From: Camelus ferus
Lineage: Eukaryota
Direction: 5' to 3'
Assembly: GCF_009834535.1 (NCBI RefSeq)
Contig: NC_045707.1
Coordinates: forward strand, 59,212,001 to 59,276,000
Length of the DNA stretch: 64,000 nt
Part shown: positions 27,237 to 40,004 of the stretch, one piece after another
How positions within the stretch are numbered: position 1 is the first letter of the stretch
How the letters are laid out: each line of letters opens with the position of its first letter
Made by a program: the position numbers and the translations under genes
Notes under the pieces: generated by a model
The model's input: only the letters and a program-made list of their open reading frames with translations
The model's database searches: none
Told to the model about the DNA's origin: nothing

Positions 27237-27953
27237 ATGAGAAGACAGAGGAATTTGTTCCAAATCAAAGAATAAGGAAAAAACAAGGATAAAGAAAGAA
27301 TAAGGAAAAAACAACTAATGAAACAGCAGACTAGGTGATACAGAACACGTAAGTGATCTGTAAGACAGAATAATGGAAATCACTCAATCAGAACAGCAAA
27401 AAGCAAACCTAATTTTTTTTAAATGAAAACATTTTAAGGAACCTTTGGGACAACATCAAGTATACATTTTTATTATAGGGGTTCCAAAAGGAAGAGAGAG
27501 AGAAAGGGGGTAAAAAATGTATTTAATGAAATTAAAGCTGAAAACTTCCTGAATCTGAAGGAGAAAACAGATATCCAAGTACAAGAAGCACTGACAGTCC
27601 CAAACAGAATGAACCCAAAGAGATCCAGACCAAAACATACCAAATTAAAATGGCAAAAATTAAAGACAAAGAAAGTATTCTAAAGGCAGCAAAACAAAAA
27701 CAAAGAGTCACATATGTAGGAACCCCCAAAAGGCTATCAGCTGATTTTTCTGCAGAAACTTTGCAGGCTTGAAGGGAGTGGCAGGATATATTTAAACTGC
27801 AGAAAGTAAAAAATCTACAACATAAGATACACTATCCAGCAAGATTATCATTTGGAATTGAAGGAGAAATAAAAAATTTCTTAGACAAACAAAAAACTAG
27901 AGTTCATCAAAACTAAACCAATCCTAAAAGAAATGTTAATGAGTCTTCTCTAA
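27237..27953 (+). pseudogene. L1 ORF1p remnant (internally deleted, frameshifted)
   Basis: ATG at 27237 (MRRQRNLFQ..), L1 ORF1-type text 'gctgaaaacttcctgaatctg', 'aggctatcagctgatttttctgcagaaactttgcagg'; stop at 27951. Confidence 0.85.
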
Positions 27954-28379
27954 GTAGAAAAGAAAAGAAGTAAGAATATAGGAAAAGAAAAATTCCATTA
28001 GTAAAGGCAAATATAGTTAAGACTTGGAATCAATCACTTAAGCTAGTACAAAGATTAAAATACAAAAATTGTAAAATCAACCACAATTATAATAAATGGT
28101 TAAGAGAGAAACATGAGGAGGTAAATTATATCAAAAACACAAAATGTTAGGGAGGGACATAAAAATGTAAATCTTTTAGAATGTGTTTGAACTTAAATGA
28201 CTATCAGTTTAAAACAAGTAGATATAGTTATAATGGTAATCACAAATCAAAAACCTACAATAGATACACAAGAAATAGTGAGAAAGGAAATCAAGCATAC
28301 TACAAAAGTAAATCATCAAACCACAAGAGAAGAAATAAAAGAAGGAAAGAACAGAGAATTGCAAAAAATAAGTAACAAA

Positions 28380-31300
28380 ATGGCAATAAGTACATACCTA
28401 CCAGTAATCATTTTAAGTATCAATGGGCTAAATGCTCTAATCAAAAGACACAGAGTGGCTGATTGGATAAAAAAGAAGGTCCCCATCTATATGCTGCTCA
28501 CAAGACTCACTTCAGAGCTAAAGACACACACTAACAAACAAGAGAGGATGGAAAAAGATATTTCACGCAAATGCAAATGACAAGAAAGCTGGGGTAGCAA
28601 TACTCATATCAGACAAAGTAAACTAAAACAAAAGTTTGTAAAAATACAAAGGGTATTATATAATGAGAAAGGGAACAACAATACAAGAATATTTTTATTT
28701 GCATATTAACATTAACATATATGCACATAATATAGGAGCACCTAAACATATAAAGCAAATAATAATAGGCATAAAGGAAGAAATCAACAATAATACAATA
28801 TTAGTAATGAAATTTGACACTCCAATTACATCAATGGACAGATCATTCAGACAGAAAATCAAAAGGAAAGTAGTGGTCTTAAATGACACAGTAGACCAAC
28901 TGGAGTTAATAGCTATTTACAAGACATTCCATCCAAAAACAGCAGAATACACTTTCTTTTCAAGTGCACATGGAAATGTTCTCCAGGATAGATTATGTGC
29001 CAGGCCACAAAACAAGTCTTGACAAATTTAAGAGCATAGAAATTATATCAAGTAATTTTCTGACTGTAACAGTATGAAGTCAATTATAGGAAGAAAATGG
29101 GAAAAACACAAACATGTGGAAACTAAACAACATAGTATTAAAAATCAATGAGCCAATGATGAAATCAAAGAGGAAGTCAGAAAACACCTCACCAGATGAA
29201 AATAAAAACACAGCTTTCTAAAATCTATGAGACACAACAAAAGGAGTTCCAAAAGGGAAGTTTATAGTGATACAGGTCTACCTCATAACAAGAAACATCT
29301 CAAATAAACAACCTAACCTACCATCTAAAGGAATTAGAGAAAGAAGAACAAAGCCTAAAGTCAGCAATAAGAAGAAAATAATAAAGATGAGAGAGTAAGT
29401 AAATAAAAGACACTCCCTCCCTCCACAAAAAAGTTCAATGAAACCAACAGCAGGCTTTTTGAGAACATAAACAAAATTAACAAGCTTTTAAGCAGACTTA
29501 CCAAGAAAAAGAGAGGACTCAAATGAATTAAATAAGAAATAAAAGAGAAAAAAAATACAGCCATTTACACAGGAATTCAAAAAAAAAACATCTTAATAGA
29601 ACACTGTGAACAGTTTTATGGCAACAAATCGGATGATCTAGAAGTAATGGATACATTTCTAGAAATATACATTTTCCAAGAGTGAATCAGGAAGAAATAG
29701 ACAATCTAGACAGACCAATCACTAGTAGTGAAATTGAATTAGTAATCAAAAATCTCCTAGCAAACCTAAGTTCACAAACGGATAGCTTCAAAGGGGAACT
29801 CAACCATATATAAGAGAGATAATACCTATCCTTCTCAAACTATTCCAAAAAATTGAAAAGGAGTGTACACTCCCAAATTTATTCTGCATGGCCACCATTA
29901 CCCTGATACCAAAACCCAACAAAGACATTACAAAAAAAGAAAAGTAGAGGCCAATGATCTGTGATGAATACAGTACAAAAATCTTTTTTTTTCCAGATGC
30001 AAAAATCTTCAACGAAACATTAGCAAACCAAATTCAAAAATATAGAAAAAGGATCAAACACCATGATCAAGTGAGATTCATTCCAGGGAAGCAAGGATGG
30101 TTCAACATATGCAAATCAATCAATGTGATACACCACATTAACAAAACAAAGGGTAAAAATCACATGACCATCTCAATAGAATGCAGAAAAATAATTCGAC
30201 TGAAGACAGCATCCATTCATGATGAAAATTACCTTTAAAGTTGGTATACAGGGAACATATCTCAACATAATAAAGGACATTTATGACAAACCCACAGCTA
30301 ACATCACACTTAATGGTGAAAAGCTGAAAGATTTTCCTCTACAGTCAGGAAAAAGACAAGGATGTCCATTCTTGTCACTTCTATTCAATACAGTAATGGA
30401 CATACTAGCCACAGAAATCAGACAAGGAAAAGAAATGAAAGGCATCCACTTTGGAAGTGAAGAATTAAAAATGTCTCTAATTGCAGAGGGCATGATACTA
30501 TATATAGAAAATTCTAAAATCTCCACCAAAAAACTATTAGAACTAATAAATGAAATGACTCAGTAAAGTTGTAGGATACAAAGTTAATATACAGAAATTC
30601 ATTGCTTCTCTATGCACTAATAATAAACTATCAGAAGGAAAAAGCAAGAAAAGAACTCATTTAAAATTACATCAAAAAGAATAGAATACCTAGGAATAAA
30701 TAACAAAGGAGTTCAAAGACCTATACTCTGAAAACTATCAGTATTGATGGAGGAAATTGAAGATAATACTAAGAAATGGAAAGATAACCCATGTTCATGG
30801 ACTGGAAGAATTCAGATTTTTTTAAATGGCTACATTACTCCAAGTAATCTACAGATTTAATGCAATTCTTGCTAAAATAATCATGACATTTTCCACAGAA
30901 CTAGAAAAATAATCCTAAATTTATATGAAACCCCAAAAGAATCCAAATTCCCAAAGCAATCCTGAGAAAAAAGAACAAGTTTGGACGTATAACCCTCCAA
31001 GCTTTCAGACTATACTACAAAGCTACAGTAATCAAAACAGCATGGTACTCGAAAAAAACAGACATATAGACCAATGGAACAGAATAGACAGCCCAGAACT
31101 AAACCCATAATAAACATTTGAGTATTTTTTTAAATAAAAAATTTATTAACTGACCAAAATATAAGACCAAAAACCATAAAACTCCTAGAAGAAAACATAG
31201 GCAGAATACTCTGACATAAATTGTAGCAATATTTTCTTAGATCTGTTTCCTAGAGCAAAGAAAACAAAAGCAAAAATAAACAGGGCCTATTCAGACTTAA

Positions 31301-32010
31301 AACTTTTGCACAGAGAAGGAAACCACTGACAAAATGAAAAGATAACCTACTAAATGGGAGAAAATATTTGCAAATGGTATGATTGATAATGGTTTAATAT
31401 CCAAAATATATATACAGCTCATACAACTCAATGTCACAAAAACAAACAATCCAATTAAAAACAGGCAGAAAAACTGAATAGACATTTTTACAAAGATACA
31501 TAGATGACCAACAGGAACATGAAAAGATGCTCAATACCACTAATCACCAGAGAAATGCAAATCAAATGAGATACCTAACCTCACAGCTTTCAGAATGGCT
31601 GTTGTGAAAAAGACCACAAACAACAAATGTTGGTAAGGATGTGGAAGAAAGGGAATCCTTGTACACAGTTGGTGAGAATGTAAATGGGTGCAGCTACTAT
31701 GGAAAACAGTATGGAAGTTACTCAAAAAACTAAAATTAGAACTACTGTATGATCTAGCAACTCCACTCCTGGGTATTCATCTGAAGAAAATTAAGACACT
31801 AATCTGAAAAAATACATGCACCCCAAAGTTCACAGCAGCATCACTTTAATACCCAAGATACAGAAGCAACCTAAGTGTCCACCAACAGATGAGTGGATAC
31901 AGAAAAGTGGTATATACATGCAATGGAATATTACTCAGCTATAAAAAGAGTGAAATTTTGCTACCTGCATCAACATAGATAGACCTGGAGGTATTGTGCT
32001 TTTGAAATAA
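28380..32010 (+). pseudogene. L1 ORF2p remnant (APE endonuclease, reverse transcriptase, C-terminal domain), many stops and frameshifts
   Basis: ORF track fragments [111 protein letters not shown] (decayed LFADDMILY). Confidence 0.95.
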
Positions 32011-34309
32011 GATAAATATTGCATATCATAAATTATATGTGGAATCTAACAAATAAAATGAATGAATGAATATAACAAACAGAAACAGAGTCACAGATAC
32101 AGAGAACAAACTTGTGGTTACCAATGGGGAGAGGGGAAGTGGGGAATAGCGAGGCAGTAGAAGGGAGCTAAGAAGTATAAATCCCCGCCGAGAAAATAAA
32201 CAAGCTACAAGGATATGCAGTACAGCACAGGGAATGGAGCCAATATTTTATAATGAACTTTAAATGAAGTATAATCCATAAAAATATTTAAATCACTATG
32301 TTGCACAGCTGAACTAATATAATATTGTAAATACATTGCACTTCAATTTAAAAAATCATAGTGTCCATACCACATTATGCTTCACACACTGACTCAGTGA
32401 TATTTACTTTAATTTCCTGAATGTGATATTAAATTTTAGTTTCAAACAGATAAGCAAAACAGTAATATCCATGAGACGAAACTTTTAAGGCTCTCTTGTA
32501 TAATTATGGTTGTATCCACAGTATCTGTTGGACTTCATAACCTGAAATCCACACCTCGTCCTGATCTGTGAAGTCTCCCTCTTTACGTAGCCTGTTTTGA
32601 ATATTTAAACCTAAACCTCAACTATGACATCTCATCTGATTTTATGTTTATAAAGAAATAAAATAACATAATCAAAACCAAAACATGTAAAATGGCGAAA
32701 TGTTCACCCATTATATGAAAGACAAATTATTAGCCATTGCAGATTAGATGTTGTCAACTGGTTTGCTTGTTTAAAAATCAAAGCTCTATTTCATGGAAAG
32801 TAAGATAAGAAACAATTGTCTAATGAGAGTCAACTTCTAAATCTGAAATTGAGGATAACAAGACCAGGCCCTGCTCTGATAACCTTGGACACTGTGGAGA
32901 AAGGAAATAGTTATCTGTCCTTTCCACAGCTCTGCAGTTAAGATAAGCCAGAAAGAGAGCATGACAGTGTGTATTTTGCACAGAGATGATTTGATAGAGA
33001 TTTGAAAAATTAAACGTAAATAAAAATGGGCATACTTTTCCTCATACTACATTGTTTATTTGCAGGCCTATCATTATTTCTCCTCCTTTTCAGTTTTGGA
33101 GCTCTTGAGAGTACAGATTCATGTTTCATATATGTTGCTATAAATTGACAAACACCCTAGCCATGTTCCATAAATATATAAGATAAAGAGAAACACAAAC
33201 ATTACAGCAAGAAAATGAAGCCCACCGTGACTCAATTCCTCAATTCATGGATGCCCTTTGACTTTTTTTTGGCTCTGTTTCAAATGCTTAGGACTTCTGA
33301 GACTCCCCAGTCAGTAGCTCCTTCTATACACCTAAGGACTGACTGACCTTCACACCCAGTACTTACAAACACTGACTCATTCTTACCAAGTATTATAAAG
33401 TAGCGGTCATTGTTAGTGCTGAATTTCTCAAGTCCAATGCCCTACTCTATCAAGCGGTTAAAAGAAAAAAAAAAAAGTACTGTTAGAACTAAATAGATCA
33501 ACCTTAACATGATGCCCAATTCCATGAAGACAAGGACACAAGGAAGACTTATGACTCCAGAACCAGAGAGGAAGTTTTCCTAGAGAGCACTCCCGGGTAT
33601 TACTTAGAACTAGAATATTAATGCCAAATTGCATAAAGTGATTTCCAGATAAAGAAATAAGAGACGTATGAGAGTACGTTCCTTCAAATGTAAGTTTCTC
33701 CAAAATTTCCCAATGTTGGGCATAACTGTGTAAAAATACCTTGATGATTGATTAAGAAACGTCTATAAAAGTATGTAAATTCTTCAGAGCCCCTTTCACA
33801 ATTTTTATACCAAACATTTATGGCAAAGGATCAGAAACGTCTGTGCAATTATCTCCCTATTTATCTTCAAAATAAATGGTATTAAATAATCTATTGCTAA
33901 CCCCCAAACATACTTGAACTGTAGTTAAACTGTCTTAAACGAATCATTGTGCCTAGCTTTTAACTGATCCGGCACAGAAATGTGCCAAGATTTTTCAATT
34001 AACTACTAATAGTTTGATCCTAATTTTAACCCTAATAGAGGAACAGTCAGACTCTGCCCCTCCCTTCACACTTCAACTTGCCTTTTCTCTTACGCTAAGC
34101 ATTTGGACATTGCATACTCTTTTGTTCCAATTTAGGCTTTAGAAACATAAACATGCTGATTTCGTTTTGGTACGCATCTGAGGCATTTAGATATCTGAGA
34201 TGAAAAATAGTAAAAGAAATCAGTTTGCAAAATTAGAAAGGCATCAGCTATTTTTTTTAGTTCTCATCTCCCTATTCAAGGAAGATAAGTCATCTCTAAG
34301 AAGATTACT

Positions 34310-34682
34310 GTTCACACCTACTTGGTGCCTCCTTTCACAACTTCTCATGGAAAAATGTTACATCTGCATCCTGTTTAACAAACTTGACCATGTGACTTGT
34401 TTGGACCCATGAAATTTGAGTGGGGTGACAGGTAGCACTTCTCAACAGTGAGTGCATGGTTTGCATTTTCTTTATTGCCTCTGTCAATTCACTCAATTGG
34501 CAGTGTTCTAGAAAATGGCTACTTCATCATGGATTCTAGAATAAAGATAACGTGGAATAAAACCACAGTGCCTTGAAATGGACATGTAGCATGAGAAAGA
34601 AAGAAATATATATTTTTTTAACAAGTCACTAAAATTTTGTAGTTGTTACCACAGTATGACCTAGCCTGTTCTGTCTGATATG
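34310..34682 (+). mobile_element. MaLR LTR (MLT1I/J-like)
   Basis: 'ttgaccatgtgacttgtttggacccatgaaatttgagtgg..atggacatgtagcatgagaaag..ttgttaccacagtatgacctagcctgttctgtctgatatg'. Confidence 0.75.
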
Positions 34683-34809
34683 CCTTCTTAAATATGCCTT
34701 GAAAATTGTTGATGATTTGTTTTGAGGGAGTGACTGGCCATGACTCACATCAAAACCTTTAAAAGAATTTAATCAATAGGATAATTTATCATAAGCAATT
34801 AATTTAAAC

Positions 34810-34853
34810 AGATGAGCAAATCATTGGTACTAGATGAACAAATCATTGGTACT
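34810..34853. repeat. 22-bp tandem duplication
   Basis: agatgagcaaatcattggtact / agatgaacaaatcattggtact (1 mismatch). Confidence 0.9.
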
Positions 34854-36577
34854 ATGGTAACAAGACGTAGAAGTAGTTTTGCTTTAAAAATTCTCTTTGA
34901 TAACCAGATTCTATCCAACTCTATTAAATAAAATTATGACATCCAAGTTTAATCCATGACTTTGTAATAATGTGAGCTTTCTCCTGTTAGAATGTTTTCA
35001 TATAGAGTAGCAAGAGTGAAGAACATAATTGGTGAAACCACAAATAATTATTCCCTTTTTTGTAAGAAGCATGTACATACATATAGTTTGGGGGGGGGGG
35101 TTGTTTTCTTTTTTTCCTAACAACAAAAAAGCACTGCTGCCTGGTATAGTGAGAAAAATCAAATGTAAGGAAAATGTTCTTTGGTTCAAAGCCCACATTT
35201 CCCAGTTCACTTCTCATTTTGTTCTTGAAGTGCCGGCAGTGAGGAGTGATTTTACAGTGTAAACAGTTCAGCATTCCCTTCATTTCTCACAGTCGCTAAT
35301 GCCTTTTATTGTGACTTACAGGAATTATTTGTTCCATTTACTGCCATGTAACATATTTGATACATCGTATCTAAACTAAAGGGAGGTGATGGTGCTATGG
35401 CATCAATGGTGTTAAAATTTTAAACCTTTTCCATATGCCCAAACATGCAGTGTGGACAAGAAATGACCTTAGCATCAGTAATCCTGAGAGAGAGGGAGGT
35501 GGGGAGGGGAGGGAGAGAGGGAAAAGAGAGATAGTAACTGGACCAAGAAACTGCCCGGCAGCCTCAGAAGGAAGCTGACATTTTATTTTATAACCATTCT
35601 TCTCAAAAATATTACAGGGAACTTCCAAATATACTTTCTGAGGATGATTTGCAATTAGGGAAGTCTTCTTTGGCATTAAAATATGGATAAATTTTTGCCA
35701 GTTCAATAGGTTTTAGAAAATGCCAGGCAACAGAACAGCAAGTTGGACCAGATGAAGAAAATAAAAATATAGAGATATTTTCTCTAATTGAGCAGCACTG
35801 CAGAGGCCTGAATTGTGTGCTGTTTAAAAAGATGGTCTGTGCCGTCAGTAATCTTCGTATTTCTACATTTAGATGGCAGATCATCAGTCTTCGAGAAGAC
35901 TGCGGTGTGTGCTAGGTGCCCTGCAACACTGGACAACTAATATTTGACTCTGGATATGCTCTGTTTGCATATCTGTATCAACACAGTATCTTTATTTGCA
36001 AGGCCTGTCATTCTGACCTGCCTGTGAGGAATGGTTTCTTTTTGAAGAGCTAGTCCGTGCTCACCTCCCTCAGACAGAAGTCAGCAGGCCAGCACAGCAA
36101 ATGGAGGAGACGCCTAACGCCAAGAACACACGAACATCTTGTGCTAGGTAGGAAAAGATGTTTTTGGTGATTATCATTCTAAGAAAAGGGATAAAAAGAA
36201 GTTAGAAAACACTCTCAGTTCAGTGAACCACTTCTACCTTTTCTCTTTCCAGAAAAATAAAATATACATGAAGGAAAGAGAAAAGCAGTCAAGTACAGCA
36301 ATGCTGTTTCACTATTGAGCAACCAGCCTTCAGAAGCAGTCACGGCGAAGGAAATGTCTTCGTCTTCCAGGAAGTTAGTTGAAATTACAATGATTAGAAA
36401 TAAGAAATGTAGGCAGGAAAAAGAAGCTAGGCTTCTCTCACTCAAAAACCAGACAAAAGATAAAACAGAGAACTTTGATGCTAATTAGACACTATTCAGG
36501 GCAGCCAGAGAAACCTGAACACCCCAGTTTTTGTAAACACGGAAAACATACTGGACAAAATAAGAAAGCTGTCTCAA

Positions 36578-36720
36578 GGGGGAGAAGGTCTAGCTCAATG
36601 GCAGAGCGTGTGCTTAGCATGCACGAGGTCCTGTGTTCAATCCCCAGTATGTCCAGTAAAAAACAAAAAACAAAACAAGAAAACCCCACCAAATTACCAT
36701 CCCCCTCCAAAAACAACAAA
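36578..36720 (+). mobile_element. tRNA-Ala-derived SINE, camelid Vic-1 type
   Basis: A-box 'tagctcaatgg', AGC anticodon arm 'tgcttagcatgca', B-box 'gttcaatccc', A-rich linker, 'aattaccatccccctcc' and A tail; degenerate TSD aagaaagctgtctcaa (36562) / aagaaagccctcaa (36721). Confidence 0.9.
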
Positions 36721-37675
36721 AAGAAAGCCCTCAAAAGTATAAAACTACACTCTGAACTAAAGGGGACAAAGTTTCCCATCTGGATGATCAATTATAAGGT
36801 ATCCACAATAAAGATGCTTTCTTAAGGCAGACTATTTATTTTGTAACCAAGGAAGTATTTTATATGGCAATATTATTTTCAATAATATCTGAATTGGTAA
36901 GGACAGCCATTTCACAGGCATCTCAACCTAGGTATCACTCTTAGTCGTCCAGGAAAGATACAGCCCTCGTGGAACCATCTGTCTAAGTGCATTTCCTTCC
37001 GTGCTATCTTTCAGGGATCTTAATCCCTAGCCACGAATACGGAGTGTAGGAGAAGCTGGCCGATGAAAACCTTGAACTGGCAGTTTTCACCTCTGAGATA
37101 GCCTTGACCGCCCTGGCCTTTAAATGTCAGGGACTGCACAAGAAAGGTCCAGACACTGCTCTTAAAGATCTAGCAGCACTAAGTTCCTCCCTGCTGATGA
37201 AGATAAAGCAAACATCTCAATTCCTTCAAAGCCTAGAAAAATGTATGCTCCTTAAATTACACAAAATGGGCAAGTATTTCTCTCTTCTCTTCTTCAACTA
37301 AGAGAGAACTATTATACTATTATACTTACTCCCTTTTTTAAAGATAGTCTTTAATCTTTAAAGGATGTGTCTGAAGCATGTTCTTAAAATGAGAAAAGTT
37401 AAATCAAAGGAGCTCTATCTGGAATTGTAGAGCAGACACTGATTAAGAGAAACTGGGAAGAGCTTACGGTCCTAAGGAAAATGATTTTTATCCCAATTCA
37501 TCTAGAAATTGATTCCCTGTTATGAAAATGGCTTTAATGTGTCAAATGGGAAAAAGAAAAATATTTATAGAAAAGACAACAAAAATAGCTCATTAACATT
37601 TCTACTGAACATTTATAGACATTTTTATAAATGTCCATGGAAGCAGGATAGGGAATGGAGCTTACCTGTCTAGAA

Positions 37676-37972
37676 TAGCACTGGCCACAAGAAACAGAAT
37701 GAAAGACACATGCAATTTAAAATTTTCTAGTAGCCACATTGAAGAAAAAGTAAAAAGCAAAGAGAAATGCACTTTAATGTTATTTGAACTCATTTCCTTT
37801 CAGTAAGTAATCAATGCTAAAACAAACGAACATGACCTTTGTTTTGAAATTTGAATTTAAATGAATTTAAGTTACATCCAATGAAAATCCTAGTCTCTCA
37901 GTTGCAACTAGCTATATTTCAAGAGCTCACCAGCTACACGTGGCTAGCGGCTCCCACCCTGGACCACACAGC
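37676..37972 (+). mobile_element. MER33/MER3-type hAT-Charlie MITE
   Basis: 'aatttaaaattttctagtagccacattgaagaaaaagtaaaaag' and 'ctagctatatttcaagagctcaccagctacacgtggctagcggct'. Confidence 0.8.
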
Positions 37973-39119
37973 CTTGGAACCCATCAGGTCCAATGCCCAT
38001 TCCCGCAAAAGGCTCCAGTCAGACTAACAAACTTCCCAAGGCTTCCTGGCTCTAGAGTAATGCCACCTCACCTTCTCTTCTAGGCTTATGATATTTCTGC
38101 TCTGTTAAGTTTTGTTGAATCAAAATGAGATACATTTAAATTGTACATACTAAAGTAGAAAACATTGAGGGACATGCTTAGTTATTATCTAATAACTCAG
38201 ATCCATGGAAACAAATTCATGGATAATGCTATAAAGGTCAGAAATTTCCAAATGGGGTTCTCTATGACATTACCAGCAGCTTTACAATCTGGTTAGTAGG
38301 ACTCACATTTTATTGTTTTCCTGAAGTGAGTCCGAGGTCCAAATTGTCACAGGTCAACTTCTTCACAGTTTTGGTTCTCATTTTAGGCGACCACGTGGTT
38401 AGTGGTTTGTATTAAGGTTCTTATGGCAAGGTCAGCCACATTCCAGAAATACATCGCATGTCATCCGCATCCAGATTCTTCTGTAAAGGGTTCTCTCCTA
38501 CACTGGCCACAGGCAGCGTCACTTCAATTAACTTAGCTTTAACAGATGACGGGTCTCCCTCACTGTAGGACCTCTCATCCATCAAAAGGCATACCCTGCC
38601 CTCTGCAGAAACAGTACGTCGTTAGAGGGCTCAGGGCCATAAAAGCAGAGAGTCACAAAGACTAATGCACAGCAGAATGTGTTTTGGCAGCACAGGATAG
38701 GGTCAGATCAAACACACTAAAACCGAGAGTCCTCCTCCGGTGTGAGTATATTTTCCTTAGGAAAATTCTCTTATTTGATGCTCACTTTTGTCTGTGGCAA
38801 ACATGCTTTGTTGCTTCATAAATTAGGAGTCATCCCTCGCCTTCTCAGACCTTGTATCCCTTTCATTGAATTATCCTCTAATGCCCTGCACTAAACTGGG
38901 AACTGTCCCAGCGCCTTGTCAAATCCTTTTATTTTTGTTATGAAGCAGGTTTTACCTGAAGGAGAGGCCCATTTGTTGCCTAACTTAATTAAGGAAAGTT
39001 GGATCGTTTAAAGCAGGAGAGGCATATGAGCTGCTAAACAGCCAAGGACCTTTTCTCGGTTTTGGACGGCACTGAAAACATCACCGTGTTCTTTCCATCT
39101 AAGTGAACAGTACACTTCT

Positions 39120-39250
39120 AACCCTTGCTTACGTTGTCCCCATCATTTGAACATCATTATCCCCATTGAACAGGTGGGGAAATCGAGACCGTGAAAGATA
39201 ATTGGAGCTCCCCTGTGCTAGGAAGTAGAAGCCAGGGCTCAGAGTCATTA
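39120..39250 (-). mobile_element. MIR SINE fragment
   Basis: 'cattatccccattgaacaggtggggaaatcgagacc..ctaggaagtagaagccaggg'. Confidence 0.6.
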
Positions 39251-40004
39251 ACTTTGTCAATTTCCACAGCACAGCTGAGGCACTGTTGGTTTTTGAAAAA
39301 GAACAGATTGTAAATGAAGGCAAGGACCAAGACAGAGGCCTTCCTTTCGTAACTTGGAAGGCTGTCAGGTGCTATTCTGCATGCTAAATGCGAAAGAAAT
39401 TCCAGACATTGAAAGCAAGCCACACTGCCTTCTATGAGGTTGTAAAAATAGTTCTCTTCGGAAAGGGTGGCCTAGATTAAAAACATCCTCAGTGTCCTAT
39501 TTTTCAAGGAGTCCATTTCACCCAAGTTATTTTTATTAGTGGGTGGTCTTCTCAGTGGCCTGTTTAAAATGGATTACCCTGAGTCATAAGCTGCAATTGT
39601 ACTTTTTAGGCAAAGTTTCTCTGGATCTCCTTTTTTTTTTTTTTTTTTTTCAGTCATTTATTTCTACTGAGTGTTTAGGAAAAAATCTAATCCACAAATT
39701 AAGTCCATTTCCCCCCTAGTATATAAATTCTACACTATCAAGGCTGTGCTGCTGTCTCCAGAAAACTTAGAGAGAAAAAAAAATGTCCCTGTAATGCAAA
39801 CTTGAGGACCAAGAAGTTTGGATGCTTTGCTTTTATGAGGTTATCTTCCCTGTGCCCATGATGTGCCTCCTTGATACATCAGAAAAGGGGTGCTTTAAGT
39901 TATAGGGTATAATTTCTTTCTGCCATATTCTTACCATGGATATTATTGAATATTAATATTGTAATAACTTTATATGCATACCTATAATTAAGATAAATTA
40001 TTTA

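Larger units (their letters stand above)
26279..32356 (+). mobile_element. Full-length but inactive LINE-1 (artiodactyl-type), about 6.1 kb
   Basis: 5' 'gaggaggagatcaagacgg' start, about 950-bp GC-richer 5'UTR, ORF1 and ORF2 remnants, 3'UTR 'aagctacaaggatatgcagtacagcacagggaat..cacttcaatttaaaaaa'. Confidence 0.95.

Noticed and set aside
26276..27286. Several 60-128 aa ORFs on both strands
   Set aside because: They fall in the GC-richer L1 5'UTR, where stop codons are rarer; no host-gene features
35885..35902. Inverted repeat cagtcttc-ga-gaagactg
   Set aside because: An 8-bp stem at a given spacing is expected about once per 65 kb by chance, and there is no supporting context
36475..36825. 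116-aa ORF and a possible tRNA-Ala gene
   Set aside because: The ORF reads through a SINE; the tRNA-like part has a poor acceptor stem, an A-rich tail and a TSD, so it is a retroposon
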